Notes: a model not told the origin generated them from the sequence alone. A stretch of 45,803 nucleotides of DNA from Candidatus Moraniibacteriota bacterium (GCA_049294475.1 JBAQCV010000021.1:1-45803), one strand, 5' to 3'. Counted from the stretch's first letter, positions 15,392 through 25,183 are shown. Made by a program: numbers and translations.

Positions 15392-16147
15392 TCACCCCTC
15401 TAATTTCGAGGCGGCGTGACGATAGGCGCAATAATCGCAGTCGGCGTTCGATACGGGGAGGTCGTCTGTCATCAAACAATCGTGCGCGGCGATGAGCGTT
15501 TTGTCCACCCATTTATCGTTTCCCGTGTACGGGAGCAGCGTGATATCGAATTCGAGCTTGCCGTCGAACGCCTTGCGATCGGAGCGGCCGTTGCAGTAGA
15601 CGAAGTACCCGGTGTCGGAAACCTTGAATCCGTTCTTGCGAAACAGCCACTGGTACATTTCCATCTGACGCTTGTAGCCGATCTGCCACGCGGCGTCGAG
15701 ATTCACTTCGCCGTCCTTGGCGGTCGCCTTGTAATCGACGATGATGAGTTCGCCCGCGGGATCCGCCCACACATCGTCCACTCCTCCGGTAAAGAAAAAA
15801 TTCGTTTCCGGATGGAGATAGGTGATGCCGCGGCGAAGCGAGTCGCGCCACTCCTCCATCTTCTCGTGCTGATACGGCACCGCATCGATACCGTACGTTT
15901 TCATCAGCGGGTGCGCTGTACCGGATGCCCGATGGATATCGAATTCTTTCTTGAGCAGGGTGTCCACGGCGGAGTTGAGCGAAAACGGGAATCCCGGCGG
16001 ACGATCCGTGCCGAGGCGCCGATCCATATAGAAGCAGCGCGGACAGTTCATGAACAGCTCGAGGCGAGAACGGCTCAGGCGGAACGGCTCTTTCGCTGTC
16101 GGGTCGAACAAATTTCTCGCGCGCTTGGGTTTGTAGTACTGGGACAT
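15392..16147 (-). CDS. PD-(D/E)XK nuclease, Cas4/RecB-like with Cys cluster
   Basis: 251 aa from ATG 16147. It has GGVDDVW ... IVDYKAT (D...DxK), a QxxxY motif (QMEMYQW), N-terminal CPRC and C-terminal C-x13-CDYC. No cas genes are nearby. Confidence 0.75.
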   Translation of the reverse strand: MSQYYKPKRARNLFDPTAKEPFRLSRSRLELFMNCPRCFYMDRRLGTDRPPGFPFSLNSAVDTLLKKEFDIHRASGTAHPLMKTYGIDAVPYQHEKMEEWRDSLRRGITYLHPETNFFFTGGVDDVWADPAGELIIVDYKATAKDGEVNLDAAWQIGYKRQMEMYQWLFRKNGFKVSDTGYFVYCNGRSDRKAFDGKLEFDITLLPYTGNDKWVDKTLIAAHDCLMTDDLPVSNADCDYCAYRHAASKLEG

Positions 16148-16156
16148 AGATTTTTT

Positions 16157-16184
16157 GTCATTGCGAGCGAAGCGCGGCAATCTC
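16157..16184. repeat. short GC hairpin element (ATTGC...GCAAT) of the 'DCxASLAMT / RFARNDK' type
   Basis: gtcattgcgagcgaagcgcggcaatctc lies just upstream of the nuclease start. It translates as ...RLPRFARNDK / VIASEARQS in the spurious ORF extensions. I recall this motif as a recurrent intergenic element in metagenomic genomes, but that is unverified. Confidence 0.4.
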
Positions 16185-16270
16185 ATCATTAAACATTCTA
16201 CCATACAAAAAATCCCCTCAGCCAACTGGCGAATTGGGGGGATTTTTCTGCTGCTACGCTAGCTCTCGTA

Positions 16271-17614
16271 CTAGCGGAAGAGTCGGAGCAGTGCGCCGAA
16301 GATGCTGAATTGATCGTCTTCAGCCGTGATATACGACTGCAGTTTCAACACTTCGCTCCGGAGAGCATCCGCCTGCGTCAGGAGGATCTGCTTGATACTC
16401 GGATCGGTGATCTGTGCTGCCGCCGCTTCGAGCGCTGTCGCCCGGGTATTCATCGCGGCCACCTGTGCGCCCAGCGTATCGAGAGCGCTGAAATCCGGTC
16501 CAAAGAGAAATGTCGCCACCCCACCGCGATCTTTGATGTCTTCCAGGCTCTTTTTCAGCGTCTGCGCCGCCGCCTTGTGTTCGGCTGCCACTTTTCTCAC
16601 TTTCCCGGACACGCCGTTGTCATCGTCATCCTCGATTTCGGCCACATCATCAAGGTCCTCAAAGAGATCATCCGAATCTTCCTCGTGATCCTCGAACAGA
16701 TCATCGTCATCGTCTGTGCCACCATAGGCGAAAATCGCGCTCTCTATCAGACTCTTCAGCCGCTTCACGCGTTTCTCGAACGCTCTTGCTGTATCACGGG
16801 TAATAACCTCCGGGGTAGCCGCAAGAGAAGCTTTCAATGTGGAAAAATCTGATCGGAGCGATGCAAGCTGCCCCTCAAAAACCGATGTTTCCCCGCCTAA
16901 CGCTGCAAGCATAGCGATCTTCTTGGCCACCTGTCCAAAACGTTTTTCTATCGTTGCCATTTCCTCGTCGATCTTCTCGGCGTACTCGAGATCCTTTTCG
17001 GTGAAATGGGCGATTTTCTTCAGTTGCTTGGCAAGCGCCTTGACTGCATCGAGATCGTTCGCATCGAACAATACCCCTACCTGGATGATACCAGCCTTGA
17101 CAGCAGCCAGACTGGCGAGTGCCGCCGTCACGTCCACTCCTTCAGCCTGCTTCTCGAGGATGTGTTTTTCGGCTTCGGATATTTTCTCCTGCAGTTTCTC
17201 CAGGGTCTTGTCGCGATCCTGATACATTCCATCGTCATCCCCGTCTTCATTTTCATCCTCATTCTCGTCTCCGTCTTCATCCTCTACTGCATTGTCATCA
17301 TCATCTTCCTCATTATCTTCTTTACCAGAACTTTCACGGGCTTTTTCAGCTTCTTTCTTGGCTTTTTCACGTGCCTTTTCCTGTTCTTTCTTGGCTTTCT
17401 CCTGATCCTTTTCTTGGTCATTATCATCATCCTCTTCTTCGGGTTCGTCTTCGGGCTCATCCTCATCTTCTCCCTCATCCGCCGATGTAGTATGTGCGAA
17501 GCTGAACTGATTCTTGGTCACGATTGCCGCCGTTCCGGCAAAGGCGCCGAATGACAAGACAGCGATAACCAGCGACGCTCCCATTCCCAACTTACTTGTT
17601 TTCGTTTTCGACAT
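16271..17614 (-). CDS. membrane-anchored, highly acidic helical protein (hypothetical)
   Basis: 447-aa ORF with an N-terminal TM segment (GASLVIAVLSFGAFAGTAAIV). It has long D/E/K low-complexity tracts and Ala/Leu-rich helical segments. Confidence 0.6.
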   Translation of the reverse strand: MSKTKTSKLGMGASLVIAVLSFGAFAGTAAIVTKNQFSFAHTTSADEGEDEDEPEDEPEEEDDDNDQEKDQEKAKKEQEKAREKAKKEAEKARESSGKEDNEEDDDDNAVEDEDGDENEDENEDGDDDGMYQDRDKTLEKLQEKISEAEKHILEKQAEGVDVTAALASLAAVKAGIIQVGVLFDANDLDAVKALAKQLKKIAHFTEKDLEYAEKIDEEMATIEKRFGQVAKKIAMLAALGGETSVFEGQLASLRSDFSTLKASLAATPEVITRDTARAFEKRVKRLKSLIESAIFAYGGTDDDDDLFEDHEEDSDDLFEDLDDVAEIEDDDDNGVSGKVRKVAAEHKAAAQTLKKSLEDIKDRGGVATFLFGPDFSALDTLGAQVAAMNTRATALEAAAAQITDPSIKQILLTQADALRSEVLKLQSYITAEDDQFSIFGALLRLFR

Positions 17615-17671
17615 ACTTGTTTTTGTTTTTACGGATTATTCTTAACAAGAACTGACCTTATTCTTGGTTTC

Positions 17672-17680
17672 ATTATACCA
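17672..17680 (-). promoter_or_regulatory. extended -10 promoter element (TGGTATAAT)
   Basis: The minus strand reads TGGTATAAT about 58 nt upstream of the ATG at 17614. The -35 element is weak. Confidence 0.45.
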
Positions 17681-17733
17681 TCGAATGCGCAAAAAAAAAT
17701 AAACTGTCAATGCCCCCCTCTTTTGGCTCATAT

Positions 17734-18894
17734 TCAAGCCAATAAACGGAAGATATCGTATGTCGCATGAACAGTTTTATCCCAAGTAAACTGTTTCGCT
17801 CTTTCCAAGCTTTTTCCCCGCATGCTCTCGGCAAGCGCCTGATCCGTGAGCACCTGCTTGAGCGCTGAGAGCAGTTCGTCCGGCTGATAGGGATCGATGA
17901 GAATGCCGGCGCTTCCCACCACTTCCGGCAGCGATGACGAGTGCGAAGCGATCACCGGCACGCCAGAGGCCATCGCTTCGAGCGGCGGGAATCCGAACCC
18001 CTCGTAGAGCGATGGGTAGACGAAGGCGCTCGAGAGATTGTAGAGCGCCGTCTTGTCGGCATCCTCGATGAAACCCGGCAGCAGAATCTTGTCTTTGTGG
18101 GGCGAGTGAGCGATGGTCTCGAAAATCTCCTCGCATTTCCATCCGCGCGTGCCGGCGATGACGAGAGAGTATTTTTCCAGGGCCGGATGTTTCAGGGAAA
18201 GCAGCGCCTCATACGCCTGTATCAGGGCGAGGATGTTCTTGCGCGGCTCGAGCGTCGCGAGAGACAGGATGAATCTGTACGGCAGGCGGTATTTCTCCTG
18301 CACGCGGACGAGCTCGGCATCGTTGCGACTCATCATATGGAACTGCTCCCCGATACCGCTCTCTATGACCGTGATCCTGTCTTCCTGCACGCCATAGTAT
18401 GTCATCATGTCGTCTCCGGTCGATCGCGACACGGCGATCACTCTGTCCGCCGAGAGCGCCAGCCGCCGGAAGTTGATGAAAAAGTGCCAGATGCGGCGTT
18501 TCAGGGAAAACGTCTCCGGGAACAGCTCGAATGAGAGATCATGCGCCGTCACGACGAGCTTCGTGCGGTCCGATACGGAAGCGAAATTCAGATTGGGCAA
18601 AAAGAATATGTCCGTCCCGCCGATGAGCCGGTCGAGTTTCGGAAAATGCAGATACCAGAGAGACAGGTTGAGGAGCTTGTTCGGGAAACGGAAGGCTTTG
18701 AGCGTGACATTCGGATACCTCGCCACGCACGCCGAAACGAAAACTGGGACGTCTCTATTCCACGCGTTGAAAAAGAGGATATACTCGTTTTCCCGGTCAA
18801 ACTCAAAAAGCCCCGAGAGGAGCGACAGCGTATATTCTTCTACTCCGGTGCGTTTCCCCTCCGCCAGACACCGTACATCGACCCCTATGCGCAT
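17734..18894 (-). CDS. GT4-family glycosyltransferase
   Basis: 386-aa ORF with the C-terminal GT4 signature [25 protein letters not shown]. Confidence 0.85.
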   Translation of the reverse strand: MRIGVDVRCLAEGKRTGVEEYTLSLLSGLFEFDRENEYILFFNAWNRDVPVFVSACVARYPNVTLKAFRFPNKLLNLSLWYLHFPKLDRLIGGTDIFFLPNLNFASVSDRTKLVVTAHDLSFELFPETFSLKRRIWHFFINFRRLALSADRVIAVSRSTGDDMMTYYGVQEDRITVIESGIGEQFHMMSRNDAELVRVQEKYRLPYRFILSLATLEPRKNILALIQAYEALLSLKHPALEKYSLVIAGTRGWKCEEIFETIAHSPHKDKILLPGFIEDADKTALYNLSSAFVYPSLYEGFGFPPLEAMASGVPVIASHSSSLPEVVGSAGILIDPYQPDELLSALKQVLTDQALAESMRGKSLERAKQFTWDKTVHATYDIFRLLA

Positions 18895-18959
18895 ACATCA
18901 GTAAACAATCAACAGCTAACAGTTAACAACTGCGGTCTTCGAAGTATTTTGCTTTTTGT

Positions 18960-19586
18960 TTATTGTTTTCTGCTGACTGAAGATTGAAGATAGTGTCTCA
19001 ACAATACCGTCCAGAATCCCACAAATAGGCCGAGTGCCAGTCCGATCTGGATCGCGAGCGGAAGCGGAATACGCGCATCACGGATCACCGGATCGCCACC
19101 GATCACGACAAACCAGCTCTTGTCGCCATTCTCCCGATTCAGACTCTCGGCATACCGATTCAATACGGCCGCCGCCGCTCCAGAGATTTTCCCGAGCGTC
19201 TTCGTATCGGCATCGGCATAGGTGACTTCGACCACCTGCGAAGAGAGACGCTTCGCGTCGAACAGGTTTTTCAGATCGCGTGTGCCGAGATCCTTCGCAT
19301 CGAGTCCCGCGTTAGCGTAGATATCCTCGACCACGCGCGGCGCGGTCAGCCAGCGCACGATCGTATCCGCGAAACGCTCGTCCGCCTGCAGACGATAAAA
19401 GCCATCATACATATAGTCCGTCGTGTCCTGTACTCCGGTACGACCGATGTTGAGAAGCAGCGTCGCCTGATAGCTGACCTTCTGGCCCTGCTGCCAGACG
19501 ACCGCCGAGAGGACGATGATCAGTACGACCACCCAAAAGAATTGCTTCTGCTTTTTGAAAATGTCGATATAATCTCTCAATTCCAT
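18960..19586 (-). CDS. Wzz/chain-length-determinant-like membrane protein
   Basis: 208-aa ORF with an N-terminal TM after a YIDIFKKQK-type start and a C-terminal TM (LAIQIGLALGLFVGFWTV). It sits between glycosyltransferase genes. Confidence 0.55.
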   Translation of the reverse strand: MELRDYIDIFKKQKQFFWVVVLIIVLSAVVWQQGQKVSYQATLLLNIGRTGVQDTTDYMYDGFYRLQADERFADTIVRWLTAPRVVEDIYANAGLDAKDLGTRDLKNLFDAKRLSSQVVEVTYADADTKTLGKISGAAAAVLNRYAESLNRENGDKSWFVVIGGDPVIRDARIPLPLAIQIGLALGLFVGFWTVLLRHYLQSSVSRKQ

Positions 19587-19598
19587 AACATGTATCCA

Positions 19599-20708
19599 TT
19601 ATCTCTGCTTGAGGTGCTCTGCCAGCGCTTTCTCAACGTAGTCCTGTATTGTAGCCTTAAATCGGACTTTGTCAAAAGGGAGGGCTCGGGCACGGATAGC
19701 GTGCGGGTCATACTTGATTTCACGAAAATGTTCTACCGCATGCACGATAGCCTCCGGTGTCTGCTCATCGAAAAACACGCCCATCGTCCCCTCCTCCATA
19801 TGTTCGGTGATGTCGCCACCGCGATAGGCGACGAGAGGGCGTCCGGACGCCAGCGCCTCGAGTGCCACGATACCGAAGTCTTCTTCCTGTGGAAACACGA
19901 ATCCCTGGCACTGCGCATAGTAGCGCGGCAGATCTTCTTCCGGCACGCGTCCGAGAAATTCGATCGTCGGTCCGGCCAGCTTCTTCAGACGTTCGAGTTC
20001 CGGACCGCGACCGATGATCTTGAGCGGCAGCTTCAGCCGGTTGAACGCTTCGATCGCGATATCATGGCGCTTGTACGCGATGAGACGTCCGACCATCAGG
20101 AAATAATCCCGGCGATCTTCCGGACCTGCGATGTAAAAACGATCGACGTTGACTGGCGGATGGATGGTCACCGCTTCTTTGCGATAGTATTTCCGGATAC
20201 GCTTCCCGACGAACTCTGAATTGGCGAGGAAGCGATCTACCCGATCGGCGCTCGCCTTGTCCCACAGACGGATCGGGTTCATGAAAAACGGCACGAGTTT
20301 CTTCACCACCTGCGGAAAACCGAAATCCTGCGTGTACTTCTGACAATCGTCCCACGCATAGCGCATCGGCGTATGCATATAGCAGATATGGAGCGTCTCT
20401 GGCCGCGTGATGATACCCTTGGCATAGCTCGACGAGTCCGATAGCACGATATCGTACTGGCTGAAATCAAATTCCTCGATCGCGAGCGGCATCAGCGGCG
20501 GGAAAAAGCGATGACGCTTGCGCGAAAACGGCAGGTGCTGGAGGAAGGAGGTATAGATGCGCTTGTCCGCGAACATCCCATGCATCGCTTCCTTGTCATG
20601 GATCAGGGTATAGATAGGCGCATAGGGAAAAAGCTCGGTGAAAGCCTCGAGCACCCGCTCCGCTCCCCCGTACTGCACCAGATAATCATGCACCAATGCG
20701 ATCTTCAT
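19599..20708 (-). CDS. GT4-family glycosyltransferase
   Basis: 369-aa ORF starting MKIALVHDYLVQYGGAERV, with the signature FVFPQEEDFGIVALEALASGRPLV. Confidence 0.85.
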   Translation of the reverse strand: MKIALVHDYLVQYGGAERVLEAFTELFPYAPIYTLIHDKEAMHGMFADKRIYTSFLQHLPFSRKRHRFFPPLMPLAIEEFDFSQYDIVLSDSSSYAKGIITRPETLHICYMHTPMRYAWDDCQKYTQDFGFPQVVKKLVPFFMNPIRLWDKASADRVDRFLANSEFVGKRIRKYYRKEAVTIHPPVNVDRFYIAGPEDRRDYFLMVGRLIAYKRHDIAIEAFNRLKLPLKIIGRGPELERLKKLAGPTIEFLGRVPEEDLPRYYAQCQGFVFPQEEDFGIVALEALASGRPLVAYRGGDITEHMEEGTMGVFFDEQTPEAIVHAVEHFREIKYDPHAIRARALPFDKVRFKATIQDYVEKALAEHLKQR

Positions 20709-20733
20709 GCCGTTCGAGCTGCTGTCTCATAGA

Positions 20734-21759
20734 TTACAATCCGTGCAGGGTTCTGTTTTTCACATGTTCCTCGAAGGTCGTGGCATAAAACGTTTCTCCG
20801 GTATTGATATCAACGAGAAAATAATAATAAGGGTTGCTTTTCGGAAATACAGCCGCCTCCAAAGAAACGAGGCCCGGGCTGCTGATCGGTCCTGGCGGCA
20901 GACCTTTGTTCTGATAGGTGTTATAGGGCGAAACCCTCTCGAGATCTTTCAGTGTCGGCTGGAGACGTGTCGTGCCGAGAATGTAATTGATGGTGGCATC
21001 GCTCTGCAGCGGCTGACCGAGAACGATCCGTTTCCGAAAAATATCGCTGATCATCTCGCGTTCCTCTTTCGTCCGGCCCTCTTCCTCGATGATGCTCGCC
21101 AGCGTGACTACGTCATGGAGACGATTCATTTCAAGCTCTCCATTACGTTCATTTGATTGCCTGACGATATTGTCCATTTTCTTCCCGAAATTCATTAAGA
21201 GAGCCGTGATGATATCTTCCGCGGTGGCTTCAGGAGAGAAAAAATATGTATCAGGGAACAAGTACCCTTCAAGAGAAGCCCCGACAGGCAGAGTTGCTAA
21301 AAAATCAAATTTTGTCCTCCATTCAGGAAGCGGTTGCTCTGCTCGTGCGAGAAATTCTGTACCCGGCAAGCCATTGGCTGTCAGACGTTCAGCCATCGTA
21401 TTCAGAGTCCAGCCTTCTGGAAAGGTAATTTTTACATCCCGAGAAACGGTTTTCCCTTCCGTAATCAATACGGCGATTTCCGATGGAGTAAGATTTCCAC
21501 TGACACCATAGGTTCCTGCAACCAACGCATGTGTTTTGCCCTCGCGCGTCAGGTGCCACAGGAACGCGTAGCGCGAGGCGATGAGACCGGCATCCTCGAG
21601 GCGCCGTCCAAGACTGAAGATATTATCCCCCTGCTGTACCTCAAAGCGCTGCTGTGCCTTGTTTACTCCGTGGGAATACTGCGCCACGGAAGAAAGATAC
21701 AGAAACCCTCCGAAGGTGATGGCAGACAGCGCAACAGCGATGATAAGGAATCTGCGCAT
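20734..21759 (-). CDS. mltG: endolytic murein transglycosylase MltG (YceG-like)
   Basis: 341-aa ORF with an N-terminal TM, the LASIIEEEG catalytic region and YNTYQNKGLPPGPISSPG. Confidence 0.85.
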   Translation of the reverse strand: MRRFLIIAVALSAITFGGFLYLSSVAQYSHGVNKAQQRFEVQQGDNIFSLGRRLEDAGLIASRYAFLWHLTREGKTHALVAGTYGVSGNLTPSEIAVLITEGKTVSRDVKITFPEGWTLNTMAERLTANGLPGTEFLARAEQPLPEWRTKFDFLATLPVGASLEGYLFPDTYFFSPEATAEDIITALLMNFGKKMDNIVRQSNERNGELEMNRLHDVVTLASIIEEEGRTKEEREMISDIFRKRIVLGQPLQSDATINYILGTTRLQPTLKDLERVSPYNTYQNKGLPPGPISSPGLVSLEAAVFPKSNPYYYFLVDINTGETFYATTFEEHVKNRTLHGL

Positions 21760-21779
21760 ACCGTGGTACTACAAAAAAA

Positions 21780-22406
21780 TTAAAATGATTTCTGAATGAA
21801 CGGGACGAATACGAAGCCGGGAAATTCTTCCTTATAAAAATCCCGCTCTCCGCGTTTTTCGAGATAGGTCAGATGATTATGTATCGGGATCACGATTTTT
21901 CCACCGACTGCGAGCTGATCCTTGAGCACCTGCGGCACTTCCTCAGCAGCCGCAGAAACAAGGATACGGTCATAAGGCGCTCCGGGCGCGTACCCGTGAT
22001 GGCCATCGCTCAGAACACATTCCACAATGCCGGAACTTATCAGGCGGAATTTCTCCACGTTGCGCTTGGTCATCTCGTGAAGCTCCGGCAGTATCTCGAT
22101 CGCTGCGACTTTCCCCATGCTACCAGCGATAGTGCCGAGGAGAGCGCTCGTCCATCCGGAACCGCTTCCAACATCGAGCATCCTCTGCCCGGGTCGAGGA
22201 TCAAGAAGCTCGAGCATGATCGCGACTGTCGTCGGCTGCGATATCGCCTGACCATATCCGATGGGCAGCGGGATATCCGCTTCCGCTTGCCGTTCGAATT
22301 CGGATGGCACAAAATCGGCACGGGTAATCTCACTGAATGCCCGGATGATCGGCTCTGACTTCAGGTACCCATTGCGAATGAGCAGTTCTACCAATCCGCT
22401 AGCCAT
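21780..22406 (-). CDS. pcm: protein-L-isoaspartate O-methyltransferase
   Basis: 208 aa from ATG 22406. The longer track ORF overlaps the upstream gene. Motifs: ISQPTTVA, the SAM motif LDVGSGSGW, and YDRILVSAA. Confidence 0.85.
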   Translation of the reverse strand: MASGLVELLIRNGYLKSEPIIRAFSEITRADFVPSEFERQAEADIPLPIGYGQAISQPTTVAIMLELLDPRPGQRMLDVGSGSGWTSALLGTIAGSMGKVAAIEILPELHEMTKRNVEKFRLISSGIVECVLSDGHHGYAPGAPYDRILVSAAAEEVPQVLKDQLAVGGKIVIPIHNHLTYLEKRGERDFYKEEFPGFVFVPFIQKSF

Positions 22407-22414
22407 ATTTATTA

Positions 22415-22855
22415 CTACAATCCGATCACCTGGATGAAAACGTCGCGCTTGCGGGATCCATCGAACTCCACGGCGAATATATTCTGCCGTTCCGTCAGGA
22501 TGAGCTTGCCTTTTTCTACAGGAATCGTCTCGCTGTTGCCGAGCAGGATGGACTTGCAATGCGAGTGGCCGTTGCTGCGACCGTCGGAAGTGTTCCCGCG
22601 TTTCAATTCGAAAAGATCGTGGGAATACTGAGCGTCTACCGGAACGATCTTATACAGGATGCGCATGAAATCCTGCAACAGCATCGATTCATTGTGATTG
22701 ATGGCGACACCCATCGTCGTATGCGGCACATAGACCAGCACTTGCCCCTCACGCACGCCGGAACGATCGACTATTTCCTGCACGCGATCCGTGATGTCTA
22801 GGAATTCGATCTGCGTCTTGCTCTCCAGATCGATCCTCTCCTTATGAATTTTCAT
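22415..22855 (-). CDS. YjbQ/UPF0047 family protein (secondary thiamine-phosphate synthase-like)
   Basis: 146-aa ORF with VPHTTMGVAINHNE and NGHSHCKSILLG motifs. Confidence 0.85.
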   Translation of the reverse strand: MKIHKERIDLESKTQIEFLDITDRVQEIVDRSGVREGQVLVYVPHTTMGVAINHNESMLLQDFMRILYKIVPVDAQYSHDLFELKRGNTSDGRSNGHSHCKSILLGNSETIPVEKGKLILTERQNIFAVEFDGSRKRDVFIQVIGL

Positions 22856-22864
22856 AGGTGTGTC

Positions 22865-23176
22865 TTAAAGATTCTCGAGTTCCTGCTTGAGCTTATCTTT
22901 CTGCTGCACGCCGACAAATTCTTTCACGACCTGACCGCCCTTGAAGACTTTCATCGTCGGGATCGACATGATACCGTAGGCGCTGGCCGTCGCGTGATGC
23001 TCATCCACATTCATCTTGCCGATCTTGACGGTGGTCATCTCCTGTGACAGCTCTTCGATCGCCGGTCCCATCATCTGACACGGTCCGCACCACGGCGCCC
23101 AGAAATCAACGAACACGGGCTTGTCGCTCTTGAGCACTTCCTGCTCGAAATTCGCATCGGTAAACTCCATCGCCAT
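22865..23176 (-). CDS. trxA: thioredoxin
   Basis: 103 aa from ATG 23176 with the active site WAPWCGPCQ. Confidence 0.92.
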   Translation of the reverse strand: MAMEFTDANFEQEVLKSDKPVFVDFWAPWCGPCQMMGPAIEELSQEMTTVKIGKMNVDEHHATASAYGIMSIPTMKVFKGGQVVKEFVGVQQKDKLKQELENL

Positions 23177-23312
23177 ATGTTTGGTTCGCCTGTGACGACG
23201 CACAGATGCCTGTGAGCCTGACAGACTTCACTAAAAAAATTATAGGGCATATCTTCACTTCCAGTATACCGTTTCAGAAACGAAAATGCAAAGGAAAAAG
23301 ACGGTGCCCTGG

Positions 23313-25118
23313 CTATTTGCGCAGTACTGCCAAAAAAGCATGGCTCGGGATAGAGACTTTGCCGATATCGCGCATTTTCTTTTTCCCTTTCTTCTGCTTC
23401 TCAAGGAGTTTTTTCTTGCGAGAAAAATCTCCTCCATACAGCTTGCCAGTCACGTCCTTGCGATAGGCAGAGAGTGTCTCACGGGCGATGACCTTGCCTC
23501 CGATCGCAGCCTGTATCGCCACGGCGAAGTTCTGACGCGGTATCTCTTCCTTCAGTTTCTCCACGACACGCTTGCCCTCGGCGTAGGCATCGCGTCTCGG
23601 TATCATACGCGCGAACGCATCGATACGCTCATTCGCGACCATGATGTCGAGCTTCACAACATCGCTCTCACGGTAACCTATCGGCTCATAATTCATCGAG
23701 GCATATCCGGATGAGGCGCTTTTCAGATCGTCGTGGAAATTGATGATGACATCCATCAGCGGCGCCTCGAACGTGAGCAACACGCGCTCGGCATCGATGT
23801 ATTCCGTATTCTTGTATTCCGCACGGATGGATTGCGCGAGCGTCATCACGCTACCCAGATACTCGCTCGGAGCCACGATCGAAAGTGTCACATACGGCTC
23901 GTATATCTTTTCGATGCTCGCCGGATCCGGAAGAGCGGATGGTGAATACAGCGGTATGTGTTCACTTGTCCCACGCAACTGCAGTTCATACACGACTGAT
24001 GGCGTCGTCACTGTCGGAGTGAGTTCGAACTCACGCTCGAGACGCGCCTGGATGATTTCCAGATGCAAAAGTCCCAGAAAGCCGCAGCGAAAACCGCGAC
24101 CGAGCGCCTGATTGCTTTCCGGCTCGAACGTGAATGCTGCGTCGTTCAGCTTCAACTTTTCGAGCGCATCGCGCATCAGCGTATAATCATCGCCATCCAC
24201 GGGATAGAAGCTCGCGTAGACTGCCGGCTTGATTTCCTTGTATCCGGGCAATCGTTCTACGGTGACATTCTCGCGACCCTGCGGTTTCCGTGTCACCGTA
24301 TCGCCGACGCGGCAATGCCCGACTTCTTTCAATCCGGTCGCGATATACCCGATGTCTCCAGCACGAAGGATCTCCGTCGGCGTAAGCCCCGGCTTGAACA
24401 GGCCGACTTCTACCACGACGCCCTCCTTTGCCGTCCCAAGCATATGGAGCACATCATCTCGTTTCACGGATCCGTCCACCACTTTTACATATGCCACCAC
24501 TCCTTTGTACGTATTGTAGATGGAATCGAAAATGAGGGCGCGCAGCGTGCCTGTCTCGTCCCCCGTAGGCGCAGGCACGCGCTCGATCACGCGCTCGAGC
24601 AGCGCCGGGACACCCAGACCGGTTTTCCCTGAAACGAGCAGGATATCTTCTTCCTTGCAGCCCAAGATATGTATGATTTCTTTTTTCGTCTTTTCCGTCT
24701 CCGCGTTTTGCAGATCGATCTTGTTCACGACGGGAATGATCGTGAGCCCCTGATCGATGGCGAGATAGAGATTGGCGAGCGTCTGCGCCTGCACGCCCTT
24801 GGTCGCGTCGACGAGCAGCACCGCGCCTTCGACGGCCGCGAGCGATCTGGATACCTCATAATGGAAGTCCACATGTCCCGGCGTATCGATCAGATTGAGC
24901 ATATACTCCGTTCCCTGATACGCATGATGCATCTGCACCGGCTGCAATTTGATCGTGATGCCGCGCTCGCGCTCGAGATCCATCTGATCCAGGAGCTGCT
25001 CTTTCATCTTGCGCATCTCTACGGTCTTCGTCAGCTCAAGCAGACGGTCAGCCAGCGTGGACTTCCCATGGTCGATATGGGCGATGATGCAGAAATTGCG
25101 GATATTCTGTTGTCTCAT
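23313..25118 (-). CDS. lepA: translation elongation factor 4 (LepA)
   Basis: 601-aa ORF with G motifs AHIDHGKST, DTPGHVDF and NKID, plus the LepA C-terminal domain. Confidence 0.95.
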   Translation of the reverse strand: MRQQNIRNFCIIAHIDHGKSTLADRLLELTKTVEMRKMKEQLLDQMDLERERGITIKLQPVQMHHAYQGTEYMLNLIDTPGHVDFHYEVSRSLAAVEGAVLLVDATKGVQAQTLANLYLAIDQGLTIIPVVNKIDLQNAETEKTKKEIIHILGCKEEDILLVSGKTGLGVPALLERVIERVPAPTGDETGTLRALIFDSIYNTYKGVVAYVKVVDGSVKRDDVLHMLGTAKEGVVVEVGLFKPGLTPTEILRAGDIGYIATGLKEVGHCRVGDTVTRKPQGRENVTVERLPGYKEIKPAVYASFYPVDGDDYTLMRDALEKLKLNDAAFTFEPESNQALGRGFRCGFLGLLHLEIIQARLEREFELTPTVTTPSVVYELQLRGTSEHIPLYSPSALPDPASIEKIYEPYVTLSIVAPSEYLGSVMTLAQSIRAEYKNTEYIDAERVLLTFEAPLMDVIINFHDDLKSASSGYASMNYEPIGYRESDVVKLDIMVANERIDAFARMIPRRDAYAEGKRVVEKLKEEIPRQNFAVAIQAAIGGKVIARETLSAYRKDVTGKLYGGDFSRKKKLLEKQKKGKKKMRDIGKVSIPSHAFLAVLRK

Positions 25119-25139
25119 AAAAATCAGCCTTTCAAAAGA

Positions 25140-25175
25140 ATATCACTTTTTACGCAATTGCATAAAAAGTGATAT
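25140..25175. repeat. 36-bp near-perfect palindrome between murJ stop and lepA start
   Basis: atatcacttttta (25140-25152) pairs with taaaaagtgatat (25163-25175), 13/13 bp. The centre cgcaattgca is itself nearly palindromic. Confidence 0.8.
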
Positions 25176-25183
25176 CAGATGTA

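Noticed and set aside
16271-17614. The acidic D/E-rich protein as a possible DNA mimic or anti-restriction factor next to the Cas4-like nuclease.
   Set aside because: It has an N-terminal membrane anchor and long helical Ala/Leu segments, so an extracytoplasmic structural role is more likely. It has its own promoter, and nothing beyond adjacency links it to the nuclease.
21780-22559. N-terminally extended versions of several track ORFs: pcm to 22559, trpE(G) to 12864, chorismate mutase to 13771, nuclease to 16225, rfbB to 36627, murF to 40302, ftsI to 42134, murJ to 26875, and the Cys-rich and barrel proteins.
   Set aside because: The extensions overlap the upstream gene or a terminator or promoter and translate to junk. 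Internal ATGs with ribosome-binding sites or stop/start coupling give N-termini that match the family's canonical start.
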